64,000 bases of DNA from Christensenellales bacterium. GTDB lineage: Bacteria > Bacillota > Clostridia > Christensenellales > CAG-138. The notes beneath the pieces were generated by a model. That model was given only the letters and a program-made list of their open reading frames with translations, ran no database searches and was not told the DNA's origin. Below are positions 28,426-39,117 of this stretch, one piece after another. A program made the translations under genes and the position numbers. How positions within the stretch are numbered: position 1 is the stretch's first letter; each line of letters starts with the position of its first letter. Where the stretch lies: positions 1,344,921 through 1,408,920 of the forward strand of contig JAXGNN010000001.1 in the NCBI GenBank assembly GCA_040767925.1, written 5' to 3'.

Positions 28426-29722
28426 ATTCGGATGCGTCTCCCCGTTTGATCAGCGCAACGCCTTCCCCCGCGCAGATTTTCACGACGTGCGAGAAGGCTT
28501 TCTTGGATGCGCCCGCCTCGTCCCCGAAGCAGGGTTTCACCCTGTGCACTCCGTCACGATAGCACAACAGGGGCAGATACGCAAGCTCTTCGCATTTGAC
28601 CTCGCCCGAGGGGGATTTGACGAGCGTGAGGCGCGCGAACACGCCGTAATTGACGTTGGGCTGCGCCATGTTGGAGATGAAGTTGCCCAGCGAGTAGGCG
28701 ACGGGCACCGCCACGGGTTTTCCGTCCCGCTCGCCCGCCCGCCATTCCATGGGCTGCGCGACGTGCGGGTGCGCGCCGATGATGGCGTCCGCGCCGATTT
28801 CGATGAGCGCGTCCGCCGCCTTCCGCTGCGCCGCGCTCTCGGCGTTGCTGTGCTCCGCGCCCCAGTGGACGATGGCGACGACGAACTCCGCGCCCGCCTC
28901 CCTGCACGCGGCGATCTGCGCGGCGAGCAGGTCCGTGTCCGAGAGCATGGCGATCGCGTAGGCCTTCTCCTCTTTCGACAGGGAGGGCACGCCGCTGTTG
29001 AGGAAGCCCGCCGCCGCGACGAAGCCCACCTTGATGCCGTTGATCGCGGCGACGCGCGGGGTCAGGGCGTCCGCCGCGTCCGTATAGGTGCCCACCTGCA
29101 GCATGCCCGCCTCGCGGAGGCGAAGCGCCGTGCGGTAGAGCCCTTCGGCGCCCTTGTCCATGCTGTGGTTGTTCGCCGTGGAGAGCAGATCGAAGCCCGC
29201 CTCAAAAAGGTCTCGCGCGAGCTCGTCCGGCGCGTTGAAGCGCTGGAAGGGCGCCTTGGGCGTGGGGTTCTCCTCCGTCGCGGGCGGGGGCGTCTGCCGG
29301 GGCAGGGAATAGCCCGCGTCTTCCCCCGCGAGCGTGCACTCGAAGTTGCCGCAGAGGAAGTCCACCGAGGAAAAAACCTCCTCCATTTCGGCGAAGCTTC
29401 GCGAAAAATCGTAGCCGTCCCCGGTTTTCGCGCCCGCGATCTGCAAGCTCATAATTAAAATGTCCCCTACGAAACCGAGCGTGGCGGTCTGCACGGCGGG
29501 CGTGCTTTCCGCCGTGGGCGCCGGAAAAGGCGTCGCGGCGGGTGCGCTCGCGGGGGTCTCCTCGGGCGTGCTCGCCGCCGTCGCCGCGGGCGTCGCCGCT
29601 TTCGTCGGGATGGGGGTGATGTCGATGCCGGGCGGCGTGCCGCGCGGCGCGGAACAGGCGGAGGCGAAGATGCAGATGCAGCAAAACAGAAGGGGCAGCG
29701 CCCATACGAAAACGCGCTTCAT
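28400..29722 (-). CDS. CapA/PGA_cap-family metallophosphoesterase-like lipoprotein
   Basis: Start at ATG 29722 (ATGA overlap with the prmC stop). Signal/lipobox FASACS, Pro/Thr/Ala linker, [25 protein letters not shown]. Confidence 0.8.
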   Translation of the reverse strand: MKRVFVWALPLLFCCICIFASACSAPRGTPPGIDITPIPTKAATPAATAASTPEETPASAPAATPFPAPTAESTPAVQTATLGFVGDILIMSLQIAGAKTGDGYDFSRSFAEMEEVFSSVDFLCGNFECTLAGEDAGYSLPRQTPPPATEENPTPKAPFQRFNAPDELARDLFEAGFDLLSTANNHSMDKGAEGLYRTALRLREAGMLQVGTYTDAADALTPRVAAINGIKVGFVAAAGFLNSGVPSLSKEEKAYAIAMLSDTDLLAAQIAACREAGAEFVVAIVHWGAEHSNAESAAQRKAADALIEIGADAIIGAHPHVAQPMEWRAGERDGKPVAVPVAYSLGNFISNMAQPNVNYGVFARLTLVKSPSGEVKCEELAYLPLLCYRDGVHRVKPCFGDEAGASKKAFSHVVKICAGEGVALIKRGDASEYAGETPID

Positions 29723-30540
29723 CGGTATGCCGTCACCACCCTCTCGATCCCGTTGAGGTCGCGCGCGATGGCTGTCGCGCAGAACATCGCCGCGACCGCC
29801 CGCGCCTGGCCGAAGCCGACCTCCATCAACAGCGCGCCGCCGGGGGCGATATGGTTCATCGCGTCCCTCGCGAGGACGCGGTAGAAATCCAAACCGTCCT
29901 CCCCGCCGTAGAGCGCGTTTTCCGGCTCGAAGGTCAATTCCTTCTGGAGGGAGCGCATATCCTCCTTTGAGAGATACGGCGGGTTGCAGACGACGAGGTC
30001 GTACCGCCCGCGGATGTTTGAAAACATGTCCGTCAACAGGAATTCCGCCTGAACGCCGTTTTTTTTCGCGTTCTCCCGCGCGAGCGAGAGCGCCGCCGCG
30101 TCGCAGTCGGCGAGCGTCACGCCGACGCCCGCGAGCTTCGCGAGCGCTATGCCGACGCAGCCCGTGCCGCAGCACAAATCGAGGCAGGCGCGGTACGCCT
30201 TTTTTTCGATGAGCCGGAGGGCCTCCTCGCAGAGCGTTTCGGTATCCTGCCGCGGAATGAGCGCGCGCGCGTCCGTTTGAAAGGGCAGGCCCATGAACTC
30301 CCATTCGCCCAGCACATATTGCAGCGGCTTCCCGCTGAGCCGCTCGGCCGTGAGGCGCGCGAGGGCGTCCCCCTGCCCCTGCGTCAGTTCCTTTTCGCGG
30401 TTCTGAGCGAGCGTTTGATGGGGGATACCCGCCGCGCGCGCGACGATAAGCCCCGCCTCGAAGCGGGCGTCGTCCGGCGCGATTTCTCTTAGCGTTTCAG
30501 CCGTTTTCGTTACGGCGCAACCGATAGTCAGTCGATTCAT
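29719..30540 (-). CDS. prmC: Release-factor glutamine N5-methyltransferase PrmC/HemK
   Basis: DLCCGTGCVGIAL, VCNPPY. Confidence 0.92.
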   Translation of the reverse strand: MNRLTIGCAVTKTAETLREIAPDDARFEAGLIVARAAGIPHQTLAQNREKELTQGQGDALARLTAERLSGKPLQYVLGEWEFMGLPFQTDARALIPRQDTETLCEEALRLIEKKAYRACLDLCCGTGCVGIALAKLAGVGVTLADCDAAALSLARENAKKNGVQAEFLLTDMFSNIRGRYDLVVCNPPYLSKEDMRSLQKELTFEPENALYGGEDGLDFYRVLARDAMNHIAPGGALLMEVGFGQARAVAAMFCATAIARDLNGIERVVTAYR

Positions 30541-30542
30541 GG

Positions 30543-33500
30543 TCAGTTGGTTTCCTTTATTTCCACGGCCTGTTTGGCGTGGAACAGATAGATCCAGCGC
30601 TCCGCGACGGGGACGCCCGTGAGCCGCGCGAGCGCGTCGGCGTATAGGTTCACCTGGCGCGCGTGCCGTGCGGCGGCAGCCTCAATATCCGCCCCCGGCG
30701 CGACGGAATCGGTCTTATAATCGAGGAGCACCCACGCGCCGTTTTCCATAAAACAGCAGTCGATGACGCCCTGGAGCACCACGGGCGCGTCGGAATCGGC
30801 GAGGCCGAGAGAACGCGCGCCAAGGCTGATGGCGAACTCCATCTCGCGGCGGACGCGTTCCGCCCGGACGAGCCTTTGCCCGATGTCCGCCGCGAAGAAC
30901 GCGGCGATCTCGTCCGGCAGAATCGCCTCCGCCTGCAGCCCTGATAAATAGCCTTCCCCGACGAGGCGCGAAATTTCCTTCGCGACGCCCGCTTCGTCGT
31001 GCGCCGCAAGCGGGATGCGCTGCATGAGCGCGTGGTAGGCGCTGCCGCGGTCCGCGGGGGTCATGCGGCGCTCGAGCAGGAAGTCCGGCGCCTCCGCCAT
31101 GTTGATCTCGTGCCCGGCAAGCCGCGTCACGCTGAGCTTGCTGGGCAGGTTCGTATCCGCGAGATGGGGGTAGGAGCGGCAGAACAGCCTTTCGTCCGGG
31201 GGAAGCGCCAGCGCCTCGCGGCGAAAGCGCTCGAAGGCGGCCTCGCCCATGCGCCCCGTCCCCGGGAGCGGAGAGGCGCAAAGCTCCGTCGATACGGCGA
31301 CGCCGAGGCTCTCCTTTGCGCCGCACGGGGGCAGCCCGTAGCGGGCGCGGAGCGCCTCGCCCTCCTTCGCGTGGAGGACGCAGCGGAGCAGCCACCCCGC
31401 GAAGCTCGTGTCCTGCGCGATTTGGGCGGGCTCCCCGGGCAGCGCGGCCCTCGCGACGAGCTTATCCCCGTGCGTCGAGGCCGCGAGCATCACGAGCTTT
31501 TCTCGGGCGCGCGTCATGGCGACGTAGAATACGCGCATCTCCTCGGCGACGCTCTTGTTCTCCAGGCGGCAGGTGATGGCGCGCGCGTAAAGGGACTGCG
31601 TGCGGATGCCCGCCAGGTTGAAGCGCGCGGCGAGGCCGAGGTCCGGATCGTAAACGAGCTTTTTCCTCGTGAAGTCGATGTTGAACCTCCTGGCGAGGCC
31701 CGCGAGGATCACGTACGGAAATTCCAGCCCCTTGCTGCCGTGAATGCTCATGAGCCGGACGACGTCCGCCCCGACGGACTGCGCGGAGCCCGCGGCGCCC
31801 ATGCTCCTGAGCCTGTCCGCGTAGGTCAAAAACGCGTGGAGGCCCGCGGCGCCCGTCGCCTCGAACAGGCGCGCCTTCTCGCACAGCGCGTCGAGGTTCG
31901 CCTCGCGCTGCCTTCCGCCGGGGAGCGCGCGGCAGAAGAGCGCGTAATCCGTCTCATCCATGAGAAGGCCGATGAGGGACTGCACGCTCATCAGGTTCGC
32001 CATGCGCTGCCAGCGCCCGAGCTTTAATAGAAATTCCCTTGCCTTACAGCCGAGCTCCGTATCCTCCTTTGCGGCGGCTTTCAGCGAATCGAAGCAGCGC
32101 CACGGGCCTTCTCCCGCAACCTCGCGGCCATAGGCCGTGCGAAGCTCGATCAGTTCCTCCGTCGTGAAGTTGCCGATGGGGGAACGCAGCACCGCGGCCA
32201 TGGGGATGTCCTGCAGGCGGTTGTCGATGACGCGCAGAAGCTCCATGAAGACCCTGACCTCGACCGCCTCGAAAAAGCCGCCCGCGATCTCGCCGTAGGC
32301 GGGGACGCCCTCTAGGCTCAGCGCCGAAAGCCAGTCCTCCGCGACGTTTTTATAAGAGCGCAGGAGGATCGCGAAGTCGGAATAGCGCGGCTTGCGCGTC
32401 TCGCCCGTGCGGGGGTCGCAGATCGTTTCCGTCTCCATGATTTCGCGGATGCGCATTGCCGCGAGCGCCGCCTCGACCTCCGCCGCGCCGCGCGCCTCGC
32501 GGGGTTCGTCCTCAACTCCGCCCGCGCCCGCGCCCTCGTCCTCGTCCTCCCCGTCCGGCTCGTCGATTTCGTCTTCCGCGGCGCTCTCGGCGAGCAGGTC
32601 GGCGAAGACGAACTCCGCGGCGGGGGAGGCGGAAAACTCCTCCCGCTCCGCGCGCCCGTGCACGAGCGCGGCCCGCCCGTCGTACTCGAGCTCGGCGACC
32701 TCCTCTCGCATCAGGCGGGAAAAGACGGCGTTGACCGCGCCGATCACGCCCGGGGAGCTGCGGAAGTTCGCGTTGAGGTCGATGCGCGCGCCCTTTTCGG
32801 GGTCGGAATAGGCGAGATAGCGCCGCAGGAACAGCCGCGGCTCCGCGAGCCGGAAGCGGTAGATGGACTGCTTCACGTCGCCCACGAGGAAGAGCGCGCC
32901 CGGGTTCGCGACAGCGCGGATGATCTCCTCCTGCACGGCGTTGCAGTCCTGATACTCGTCCATAAAAACATATCGGAAGCGGCGGCGGTATTCGTCCGCG
33001 ATCTGCTCCTTTTTTAAGAGCGCGAGGCAGAACTGCTCCATGTCCCCGTAGTCGATGACGGAGCGCTCGCGCTTTTCCGCCGCGAAGCGCCCGGCAAAGC
33101 CGCGCACGGCGGCGCAAAGCTCCGAGATGAGCGGAGCCTGCCTGCGAAGGAGCGCGGCCTCCGCCTCGGCGTCCCGCCGCCAGGCGTCCGCTTCCTTCTC
33201 AAGCGCCTTTTTGAGCTTCTTTCTGGCGTCGTCGGCCGCCTGTTTGACCTCCCCGCCGCATTTTCCCCAGGAGATCTTTTTGCCGGGGTGGGGCTTCGTC
33301 GCGAGCGCCGCCATGAGGCCGCCCGCCGTTTTCTGCATCGCGATCATGCGCGCGTGGAGGATCTCCTCGTCGAGGAACGCCGCGACGGCGGGGAACTCCT
33401 TTGCGACCGCGTCCCGCGCCGCTTCGAGCGGGCCGACCGCCCCGCGGATACGCTGCTGCGCGCGGCGGATGAGCTCCTCCATTTCCTCGGAGGCCGCAAG

Positions 33501-34100
33501 CTCGTCCGCCGTCGCGCGATACTTGCGCTCGGCCCTCTCAAGGAAGCCGAAGGGGTCGGGCAGGGAGCGGCAGAAGTCATAAAGCTCGCTCACCGCGTGG
33601 AACGCCTCCTCGTCGCCGCCCATCGCCTCGAGGAGCGCGGCGAACCCCCCGCCGTCCGAGGAGAGGCGCGCCTCGGAGAATTCGTCCCACACGGCCTCGC
33701 GCATCAGCGCGGCCTCGCTCTCGTCCGCCACGCGGAAATCCGGGTCGAGCTCCGCCTCGTTGAAATGGCGGCGCAGCACCTGCGTGCAGAAGGAATGCAG
33801 GGTCGATATGGAGGCCGAGGCGCTCTCGCGTGCGGCGTCGTTGAGCCGCGCGGCCTCGTTTTCGCTCCCGGCGTTCGCCGCGGCATCGTAGAGCGCGCGC
33901 TCGATGCGCTTTTTCATCTCGTTGGCAGCCGCGATGGTGAACGTCACGCAGAGGAGCTCCTTCACGTCGAGCCCCTCGCGCACGAGGCGCACGATGCGCT
34001 CCGTGAGCACCGCGGTCTTGCCGGAGCCCGCGCCCGCGCTCACGAGGATGTCGCCTTTTTCCTCTATGGCGCGGCGCTGCTCATTCGTCCAGTTCGCCAT
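30543..34100 (-). CDS. addA: ATP-dependent helicase/nuclease AddA
   Basis: UvrD-type motifs WTNEQRRAI, AGAGSGKTAVLTER, FMDEYQDCN, plus a C-terminal nuclease domain (QGVIDCCF..LDYKTD). Confidence 0.95.
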   Translation of the reverse strand: MANWTNEQRRAIEEKGDILVSAGAGSGKTAVLTERIVRLVREGLDVKELLCVTFTIAAANEMKKRIERALYDAAANAGSENEAARLNDAARESASASISTLHSFCTQVLRRHFNEAELDPDFRVADESEAALMREAVWDEFSEARLSSDGGGFAALLEAMGGDEEAFHAVSELYDFCRSLPDPFGFLERAERKYRATADELAASEEMEELIRRAQQRIRGAVGPLEAARDAVAKEFPAVAAFLDEEILHARMIAMQKTAGGLMAALATKPHPGKKISWGKCGGEVKQAADDARKKLKKALEKEADAWRRDAEAEAALLRRQAPLISELCAAVRGFAGRFAAEKRERSVIDYGDMEQFCLALLKKEQIADEYRRRFRYVFMDEYQDCNAVQEEIIRAVANPGALFLVGDVKQSIYRFRLAEPRLFLRRYLAYSDPEKGARIDLNANFRSSPGVIGAVNAVFSRLMREEVAELEYDGRAALVHGRAEREEFSASPAAEFVFADLLAESAAEDEIDEPDGEDEDEGAGAGGVEDEPREARGAAEVEAALAAMRIREIMETETICDPRTGETRKPRYSDFAILLRSYKNVAEDWLSALSLEGVPAYGEIAGGFFEAVEVRVFMELLRVIDNRLQDIPMAAVLRSPIGNFTTEELIELRTAYGREVAGEGPWRCFDSLKAAAKEDTELGCKAREFLLKLGRWQRMANLMSVQSLIGLLMDETDYALFCRALPGGRQREANLDALCEKARLFEATGAAGLHAFLTYADRLRSMGAAGSAQSVGADVVRLMSIHGSKGLEFPYVILAGLARRFNIDFTRKKLVYDPDLGLAARFNLAGIRTQSLYARAITCRLENKSVAEEMRVFYVAMTRAREKLVMLAASTHGDKLVARAALPGEPAQIAQDTSFAGWLLRCVLHAKEGEALRARYGLPPCGAKESLGVAVSTELCASPLPGTGRMGEAAFERFRREALALPPDERLFCRSYPHLADTNLPSKLSVTRLAGHEINMAEAPDFLLERRMTPADRGSAYHALMQRIPLAAHDEAGVAKEISRLVGEGYLSGLQAEAILPDEIAAFFAADIGQRLVRAERVRREMEFAISLGARSLGLADSDAPVVLQGVIDCCFMENGAWVLLDYKTDSVAPGADIEAAAARHARQVNLYADALARLTGVPVAERWIYLFHAKQAVEIKETN

Positions 34101-37100
34101 CGGCTGGAACCTCCCGGAAGAAATCGGCCGGCTTCATGTTGCGCACGTTCCTGTACGCGCAGCCCGCGAGCGCGGGGTCGAACCCGCACACGGTCGGAAA
34201 ATCACAAAGGCCGCAGGCGCTGCGGTTCCTCCCCTTGCGGTAGGGAAGGGTTTCGGCGCGCCCCTCAAAAATCGCGCCCGCGGTGTTCGCCGCCTTTTCG
34301 AGCGCGTAGCGCGAGGCCATGTGAAAGCGGGCCTCGTCGAGCGCGTACCGGCTGCCCGCGCCCGGTATCGCCACGCCCGCGCCGCCCGCCGCCATCAGCT
34401 CCGGATCTTTGAGCGTGAGCCCTGCCATGCGAAACTCCTTTTCGAGGGCTTTTACGAGGTCGGCTTCGCTCCCCTCGGGGAGCGCGATCTCCGCCACGGG
34501 CTGGTAGTACATGCCGGCGGCCCGGGCGGACCGCGCCTCCGCGCGGGAGGTCGCCGCGATGGCGCCGGCGTAGAGCGGGAGCTGCAGCCGGATGCCCTCG
34601 TAGAGGTCCCCCAGGGGGAGCGCCGCCTGCCCCGTCTTATAGTCGACGACGCGGACGAATTTCTCGCCCGACTGCGCCGTGTAGCCGTCGATCCGGTCGA
34701 TGCGGCCGGAAACTTCGTACGTGCCTCCGCCCGGGATTTCGAGCAGGAGGGGAGGATACGCCCGGTCGCGGCCGAAGGCCACCTCGCAACCCTCGGGGCG
34801 GAAGTTCCCCGCGGCGAGCTGGCGCACGACCGCCTTCGCCGTCGCCGCGATCTTTCGCGTGAGGCGCGCGAGCAGCGCGCGGCTGCGCGCCGTGTCGAGC
34901 AGAATGCCCCCGTTGTGCGACGCCGCGAGCGGGGGGAGGATTTCCGACAAGAGCGCGTCGATCTCCTCCTCCGCGAACGCGCCGGGCGCGCGCCCGGAGT
35001 CGATGAGCGCCCGCGTGAAGGCGCACAGCGCGTCGTGGCAGAAGACGCCCTCCTCGAGCTTTCTTTCGCGGTATTCCCTGCGCGGCTCGAGCCGCAACCC
35101 ATAGCGCGCGAAGTGGCGGAACGGGCAGGCGTTGAACGCCTCGAGGCGGCTCGCGCTGCCGCGAAGCGGCGCGCCGTACAGGAGGGAGGCGAGCTCCCGC
35201 CCGAAGGGTTCGGGCGAGGCGTTGTGAAACAGCGCGCGCTCGATGGTTTCCAACCGGGGGAGGTAGCCCTCGCAGGCGTCCCGCGCGGCGAAGGCGGCGT
35301 AGATGGCCGCGGCGTCCAGGGGCATCTCGCCCGCGTCCGCCCCCGCGCGAAGGCCCGCCGCGAGGCGGCGAAGCGCGCTTGCCGGGGAAACGGGAAACCC
35401 GGGCGTTATGTCCGTTTCCGGAACGACGTCGGGGAAAAGCTCCCGGATGCGGTCGACGAGCGCGCAGGGCGCGCCGTCCGCGCCCGAGAGGGAATAAGAG
35501 AGGTATAAAAGCTTTTTCGGCTTGGTGACGGCGCCGTACACGTCGGAAAGCTCCTTGTCGGAGCGCATGCCCGTGTCGGGCAGCTCCGAGAGGCCGAGGC
35601 GGGCGAGGGAGGCGATCTCCTCGTCGCTGATCATGCCGTCGTCCGCGACGGAGGCGGGGAACGCCCCCTGCGACGCGCCGAGTACGAACAGCGCCTCGAG
35701 GTCGCGCGCGCGGCTCCTGCCGAGGCTGCCGAAGAGCAGCTGGTCCGCGTTGGAGGGGATGGCGCCCACCTCGTAGGAGGAGACGCCCTCCTCGAAGATG
35801 TCGATGAAGCGCGCCGTGGAGAGCGGCGTGTCGCCCATGATGGCGTGAAGCTGGCTGATGAGCTCGAGCAGCATGTTGAAGACCTGCGCGGTCTCCTCCA
35901 TCAGTTCGAGCCGCCCCTCGAGCCGCAGCTCCTCCGTGAGCTCTATGAGCTGGTCGCGCAGCGAGAGGGAGAGCATGTAGTCATAAATCGCGGCCGCCTT
36001 GCCCGAAGCCGTGCGCGAGGAGGAGAGCCCCGCGCGCAGCGCGAGCAGGAGCTGGGCGAGCTTTTCCCGCGCCGCCTCCGCCGCCTCCGGCGCTTCCTTC
36101 GGGAAGGGTTTTGTGAACATGGAGCCGCGGGCGTTCTTTTCGATAAGATAGTTTTCAAGCGCCTCCGCCTCCTCGCGCGAGACGCCCGCGAGGCCCGTTT
36201 TGGCGAGCTTTAAGATTTCCTCGCCCGGGAAGCCGCGCGCGGCCGCGCGCAGCGCGGAAACCGCCAGCACCGCGGCGGGATAGGAGGAAAGCGGGTGTTT
36301 CGCGTCCGTGAAGAAGGGGATTCCCCGCGCGCGCAGCGCCCGGCTCACCGGCTCGATGTACTTCTCCATGTCCGCCGCGATGACGGCCATGTCCCGGTAA
36401 CGCACGCCCGCGTCCGCCGCAGCCAGCGCCGCGTCCGCCGCGGCCTCCGCCTCGGCGCGCACGTCCGTGCCCGCGAAGACGCGGATGGAGCCGCGCGCCT
36501 CCCCGTCGAACGGATGATACGGATAGGCGAAGCCCTCGCGCTCGAGATGGGCGAGCGCCGCCGCCTTTTCGCTTTCCCCGGCTTTCTTTTCGCCCTCGCG
36601 GGGCAGGTAGAGATACTCGATCGACTTGCCCTTTTCCTTCGCGATGCGCCGGATGCGCGCGTGCACGCGCTCCTCTATGGAAAACACGCGCGCGTCCCGG
36701 CAGCGGGAGGAGAAATCCGCCCTGAGCGCCACCGTGACGCGCGGGGAAACGTCCATGAGCGCGGATATGATGTCGAAAAGCTGCTCGCTGATGAGGTCGA
36801 ACCCGTCTATGATGATCTCCGCGCCGCAAACGGACGAGGCGGGGAGTTTCTCGCAGAGCGCGAAAAACGCGTCCTCGGCGTCCATGTTCCGCCCGGTGAG
36901 GTGCGCGGCGTACGCCGAATAGACGAGGGAAAGGTCCTCGAGCTTCGCGCGGAAGGGCGATCCCTCGGGGAGTTTTCCCGCAGCGTCCGCAAGCGAGTCG
37001 GGAAAAATGTCGAAGCGCTTGCAGAGGGTGAAAAAATCGTCGCACTTGGCGGAGAAGCCGGGGCGGTCGTACACGCGGGAGAAGGGGACGAGCTTTTTTG

Positions 37101-37395
37101 CGTTGTCCTCCGCGCATTTGCGGATGACCATGCGCCTCCCCTGCCGCGTGAGGAACACGCGCCGCTCGCCCGCTTCGCGCAGCACCCTCTCGGCGAGCGT
37201 CGTGAACGAGCACACCTTGATGTCGACGAGGCCGCCGAGGCTTTCGCACAGCGCGCGCTCCGTTTCGAATGTGAACTGCTCGGGCACGATATAATAGGCC
37301 CGCGCGCCCGCTTCGGCGAGCGAGGCCGCGTAGGCCCTCAGCGCCCTGCTTTTCCCCGCGCCGGCGCGCCCGACGACGAAGGTGACCTCCGCCAT
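34081..37395 (-). CDS. addB: ATP-dependent helicase/deoxyribonuclease AddB
   Basis: VVGRAGAGKS Walker A. C-terminal nuclease with Fe-S cysteines (..CPFRHF.., CGLCDFPTVC). Overlaps the addA start by 20 nt. Confidence 0.93.
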   Translation of the reverse strand: MAEVTFVVGRAGAGKSRALRAYAASLAEAGARAYYIVPEQFTFETERALCESLGGLVDIKVCSFTTLAERVLREAGERRVFLTRQGRRMVIRKCAEDNAKKLVPFSRVYDRPGFSAKCDDFFTLCKRFDIFPDSLADAAGKLPEGSPFRAKLEDLSLVYSAYAAHLTGRNMDAEDAFFALCEKLPASSVCGAEIIIDGFDLISEQLFDIISALMDVSPRVTVALRADFSSRCRDARVFSIEERVHARIRRIAKEKGKSIEYLYLPREGEKKAGESEKAAALAHLEREGFAYPYHPFDGEARGSIRVFAGTDVRAEAEAAADAALAAADAGVRYRDMAVIAADMEKYIEPVSRALRARGIPFFTDAKHPLSSYPAAVLAVSALRAAARGFPGEEILKLAKTGLAGVSREEAEALENYLIEKNARGSMFTKPFPKEAPEAAEAAREKLAQLLLALRAGLSSSRTASGKAAAIYDYMLSLSLRDQLIELTEELRLEGRLELMEETAQVFNMLLELISQLHAIMGDTPLSTARFIDIFEEGVSSYEVGAIPSNADQLLFGSLGRSRARDLEALFVLGASQGAFPASVADDGMISDEEIASLARLGLSELPDTGMRSDKELSDVYGAVTKPKKLLYLSYSLSGADGAPCALVDRIRELFPDVVPETDITPGFPVSPASALRRLAAGLRAGADAGEMPLDAAAIYAAFAARDACEGYLPRLETIERALFHNASPEPFGRELASLLYGAPLRGSASRLEAFNACPFRHFARYGLRLEPRREYRERKLEEGVFCHDALCAFTRALIDSGRAPGAFAEEEIDALLSEILPPLAASHNGGILLDTARSRALLARLTRKIAATAKAVVRQLAAGNFRPEGCEVAFGRDRAYPPLLLEIPGGGTYEVSGRIDRIDGYTAQSGEKFVRVVDYKTGQAALPLGDLYEGIRLQLPLYAGAIAATSRAEARSARAAGMYYQPVAEIALPEGSEADLVKALEKEFRMAGLTLKDPELMAAGGAGVAIPGAGSRYALDEARFHMASRYALEKAANTAGAIFEGRAETLPYRKGRNRSACGLCDFPTVCGFDPALAGCAYRNVRNMKPADFFREVPADGELDE

Positions 37396-37396
37396 G

Positions 37397-37930
37397 TCAG
37401 AACACCTCTTTGTGAAGCTGCCTGTAGACCATGCGCCCTTCCTGCCTGACGCTCTCGAAGAGCGTGATGCCGAATACCGTCATGCTGGCGTTGGGGGAGA
37501 GGGCCTTCATTTCCGCGTCCGTCAATTCGTCGTGCTCGACGTTGCGCCCGAGCGTGATGTGCGGCGTGAAGCGCTTCATGTCCCGCGAGAAGCCGTTGTC
37601 GTAAAGCGCGCTCTCGAGGGATTCGTGCAGCGCGTTGAGCTCCTTGAGTTCGCCCTTCACCTCGACGACGGAAGTGCGCGCGCTGCCCCGCGCGAAGCTC
37701 GTATACTTACCCAAATGCAGCGTGAAGGGGCGCATACCCCGCGCCGCCTCGCGCATGGAGGCCGCGGCGCCGGAAAGGTCGCCGCTCTCTCCGATAAAGT
37801 GGAGCGTGATGTGGAAGCTGTCCTCCGGCACGAAGCGCCCGCCGCAGCTTAATATCTTGAGCTGCTTCTGGATGCGGGAAAGCTCCGCTTTGAAGGATTT
37901 GGGCAGTTCGATCGCGATAAATAATCTCAT
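37397..37930 (-). CDS. thpR: RNA 2',3'-cyclic phosphodiesterase ThpR (2H / LigT family)
   Basis: Two HxT/S motifs: FHITLHFIG and PHITLGR. Confidence 0.88.
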   Translation of the reverse strand: MRLFIAIELPKSFKAELSRIQKQLKILSCGGRFVPEDSFHITLHFIGESGDLSGAAASMREAARGMRPFTLHLGKYTSFARGSARTSVVEVKGELKELNALHESLESALYDNGFSRDMKRFTPHITLGRNVEHDELTDAEMKALSPNASMTVFGITLFESVRQEGRMVYRQLHKEVF

Positions 37931-38087
37931 CGGCGCCTCCGTGCTTTTGCTGGTTTTTATTATAGCATGCCCGGGGGCGTTCCCGCATCCGCAAATCGCG
38001 GCGCGGGGAAAATGCGCGAAGCGTGTCGCGCGGCCGCCAGCCTGACACTTCTTAACAATGTTTTATCGCAATCGCGGGGGGGAAACA

Positions 38088-38096
38088 TGTTATAAT
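38088..38096 (+). promoter_or_regulatory. Extended -10 promoter element for the nucleotidyltransferase gene
   Basis: TGTTATAAT (TGn + TATAAT). No good -35. Confidence 0.45.
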
Positions 38097-38124
38097 ATCA
38101 TCAGCATACTCCGGAGGTAGAGAA

Positions 38125-39039
38125 ATGGGCGCACCCGTGCTCCTCATCATGGCTGCCGGCATGGGCAGCCGCTACGGCGGACTGAAGCAGATGGACCCCG
38201 TCGACGCGTACGGCAACCTCATCATCGATTTCTCCATCTACGACGCGCTGCGCGCGGGCTTCGGGGAGATCGTGTTCCTCATCAAGCGCGAAATCGAGCG
38301 GGACTTCCGCGAGGGGGTCGGCAATCGGGCCGCCCGACGCGCGAAGATCGGCTACGCTTTTCAGGAGCTCGACAAGGTCCCTTCGGGCGTCAGGATCCCG
38401 GAGGGGCGCGTGAAGCCCCTCGGCACCACGCACGCCGTACTCTGCGCGAGGGAGGCCGTGGCGGGGCGGCCGTTCGCCGTCGTCAACGCGGACGATTTTT
38501 ACGGCGCGGAGGCGTTTTCCATCCTCGCGGGCTTCCTTAGGGAGCCGCGCGACAAAAACGAGCACGCGGCCGTGGGCTACCGGGTCGAGAACACGCTCAC
38601 CGACTTCGGCGCGGTCACGCGCGGCGTGTGCGAGGTGGACGGAAACGGGTACCTCACCGACATCGCGGAGCGCATGAAGATCATTCGGACCGGAAACGGA
38701 GCGGCCTACATCGGCGAGGACGGGAAGGAAGTGCCTATCCCGCGCGGCACGACGGTTTCTATGAACTGCTGGGCGTTCAACGAGGGCATATTCGACAAAT
38801 TCCAAAACCGCTTCGAGCGCGATCTCGCGCCCGGGCTTGAAAGAAACCCGCTCAAGTACGAGGACCTCCTGCCCATGGCCGTGTGCGAAGCGATCCAAGG
38901 CGGGGAAACGAGCGTCAAAGTCATCCCCACGCGCGAGAGCTGGTTCGGCGTGACCTACCGGGAGGATAAGCCGGGGGTCGAGGCGAGTCTCGCGGCGCTC
39001 AAGGCGCGGGGGCTTTATCCCGAGAAGCTTTGGGAATAG
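38125..39039 (+). CDS. Sugar-phosphate nucleotidyltransferase family protein
   Basis: LLIMAAGMGSRYGGLKQ (GxGxR signature), VVNADDFYG. Substrate not assignable. Confidence 0.75.
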   Translation: MGAPVLLIMAAGMGSRYGGLKQMDPVDAYGNLIIDFSIYDALRAGFGEIVFLIKREIERDFREGVGNRAARRAKIGYAFQELDKVPSGVRIPEGRVKPLGTTHAVLCAREAVAGRPFAVVNADDFYGAEAFSILAGFLREPRDKNEHAAVGYRVENTLTDFGAVTRGVCEVDGNGYLTDIAERMKIIRTGNGAAYIGEDGKEVPIPRGTTVSMNCWAFNEGIFDKFQNRFERDLAPGLERNPLKYEDLLPMAVCEAIQGGETSVKVIPTRESWFGVTYREDKPGVEASLAALKARGLYPEKLWE

Positions 39040-39117
39040 GCGCGTACAAAGCGCGCAATCGCAAAAAAGCGGCGCGGCCGTTTTGTGAATCCCTATCGGA
39101 TGAAAGGAGTATTTGGT

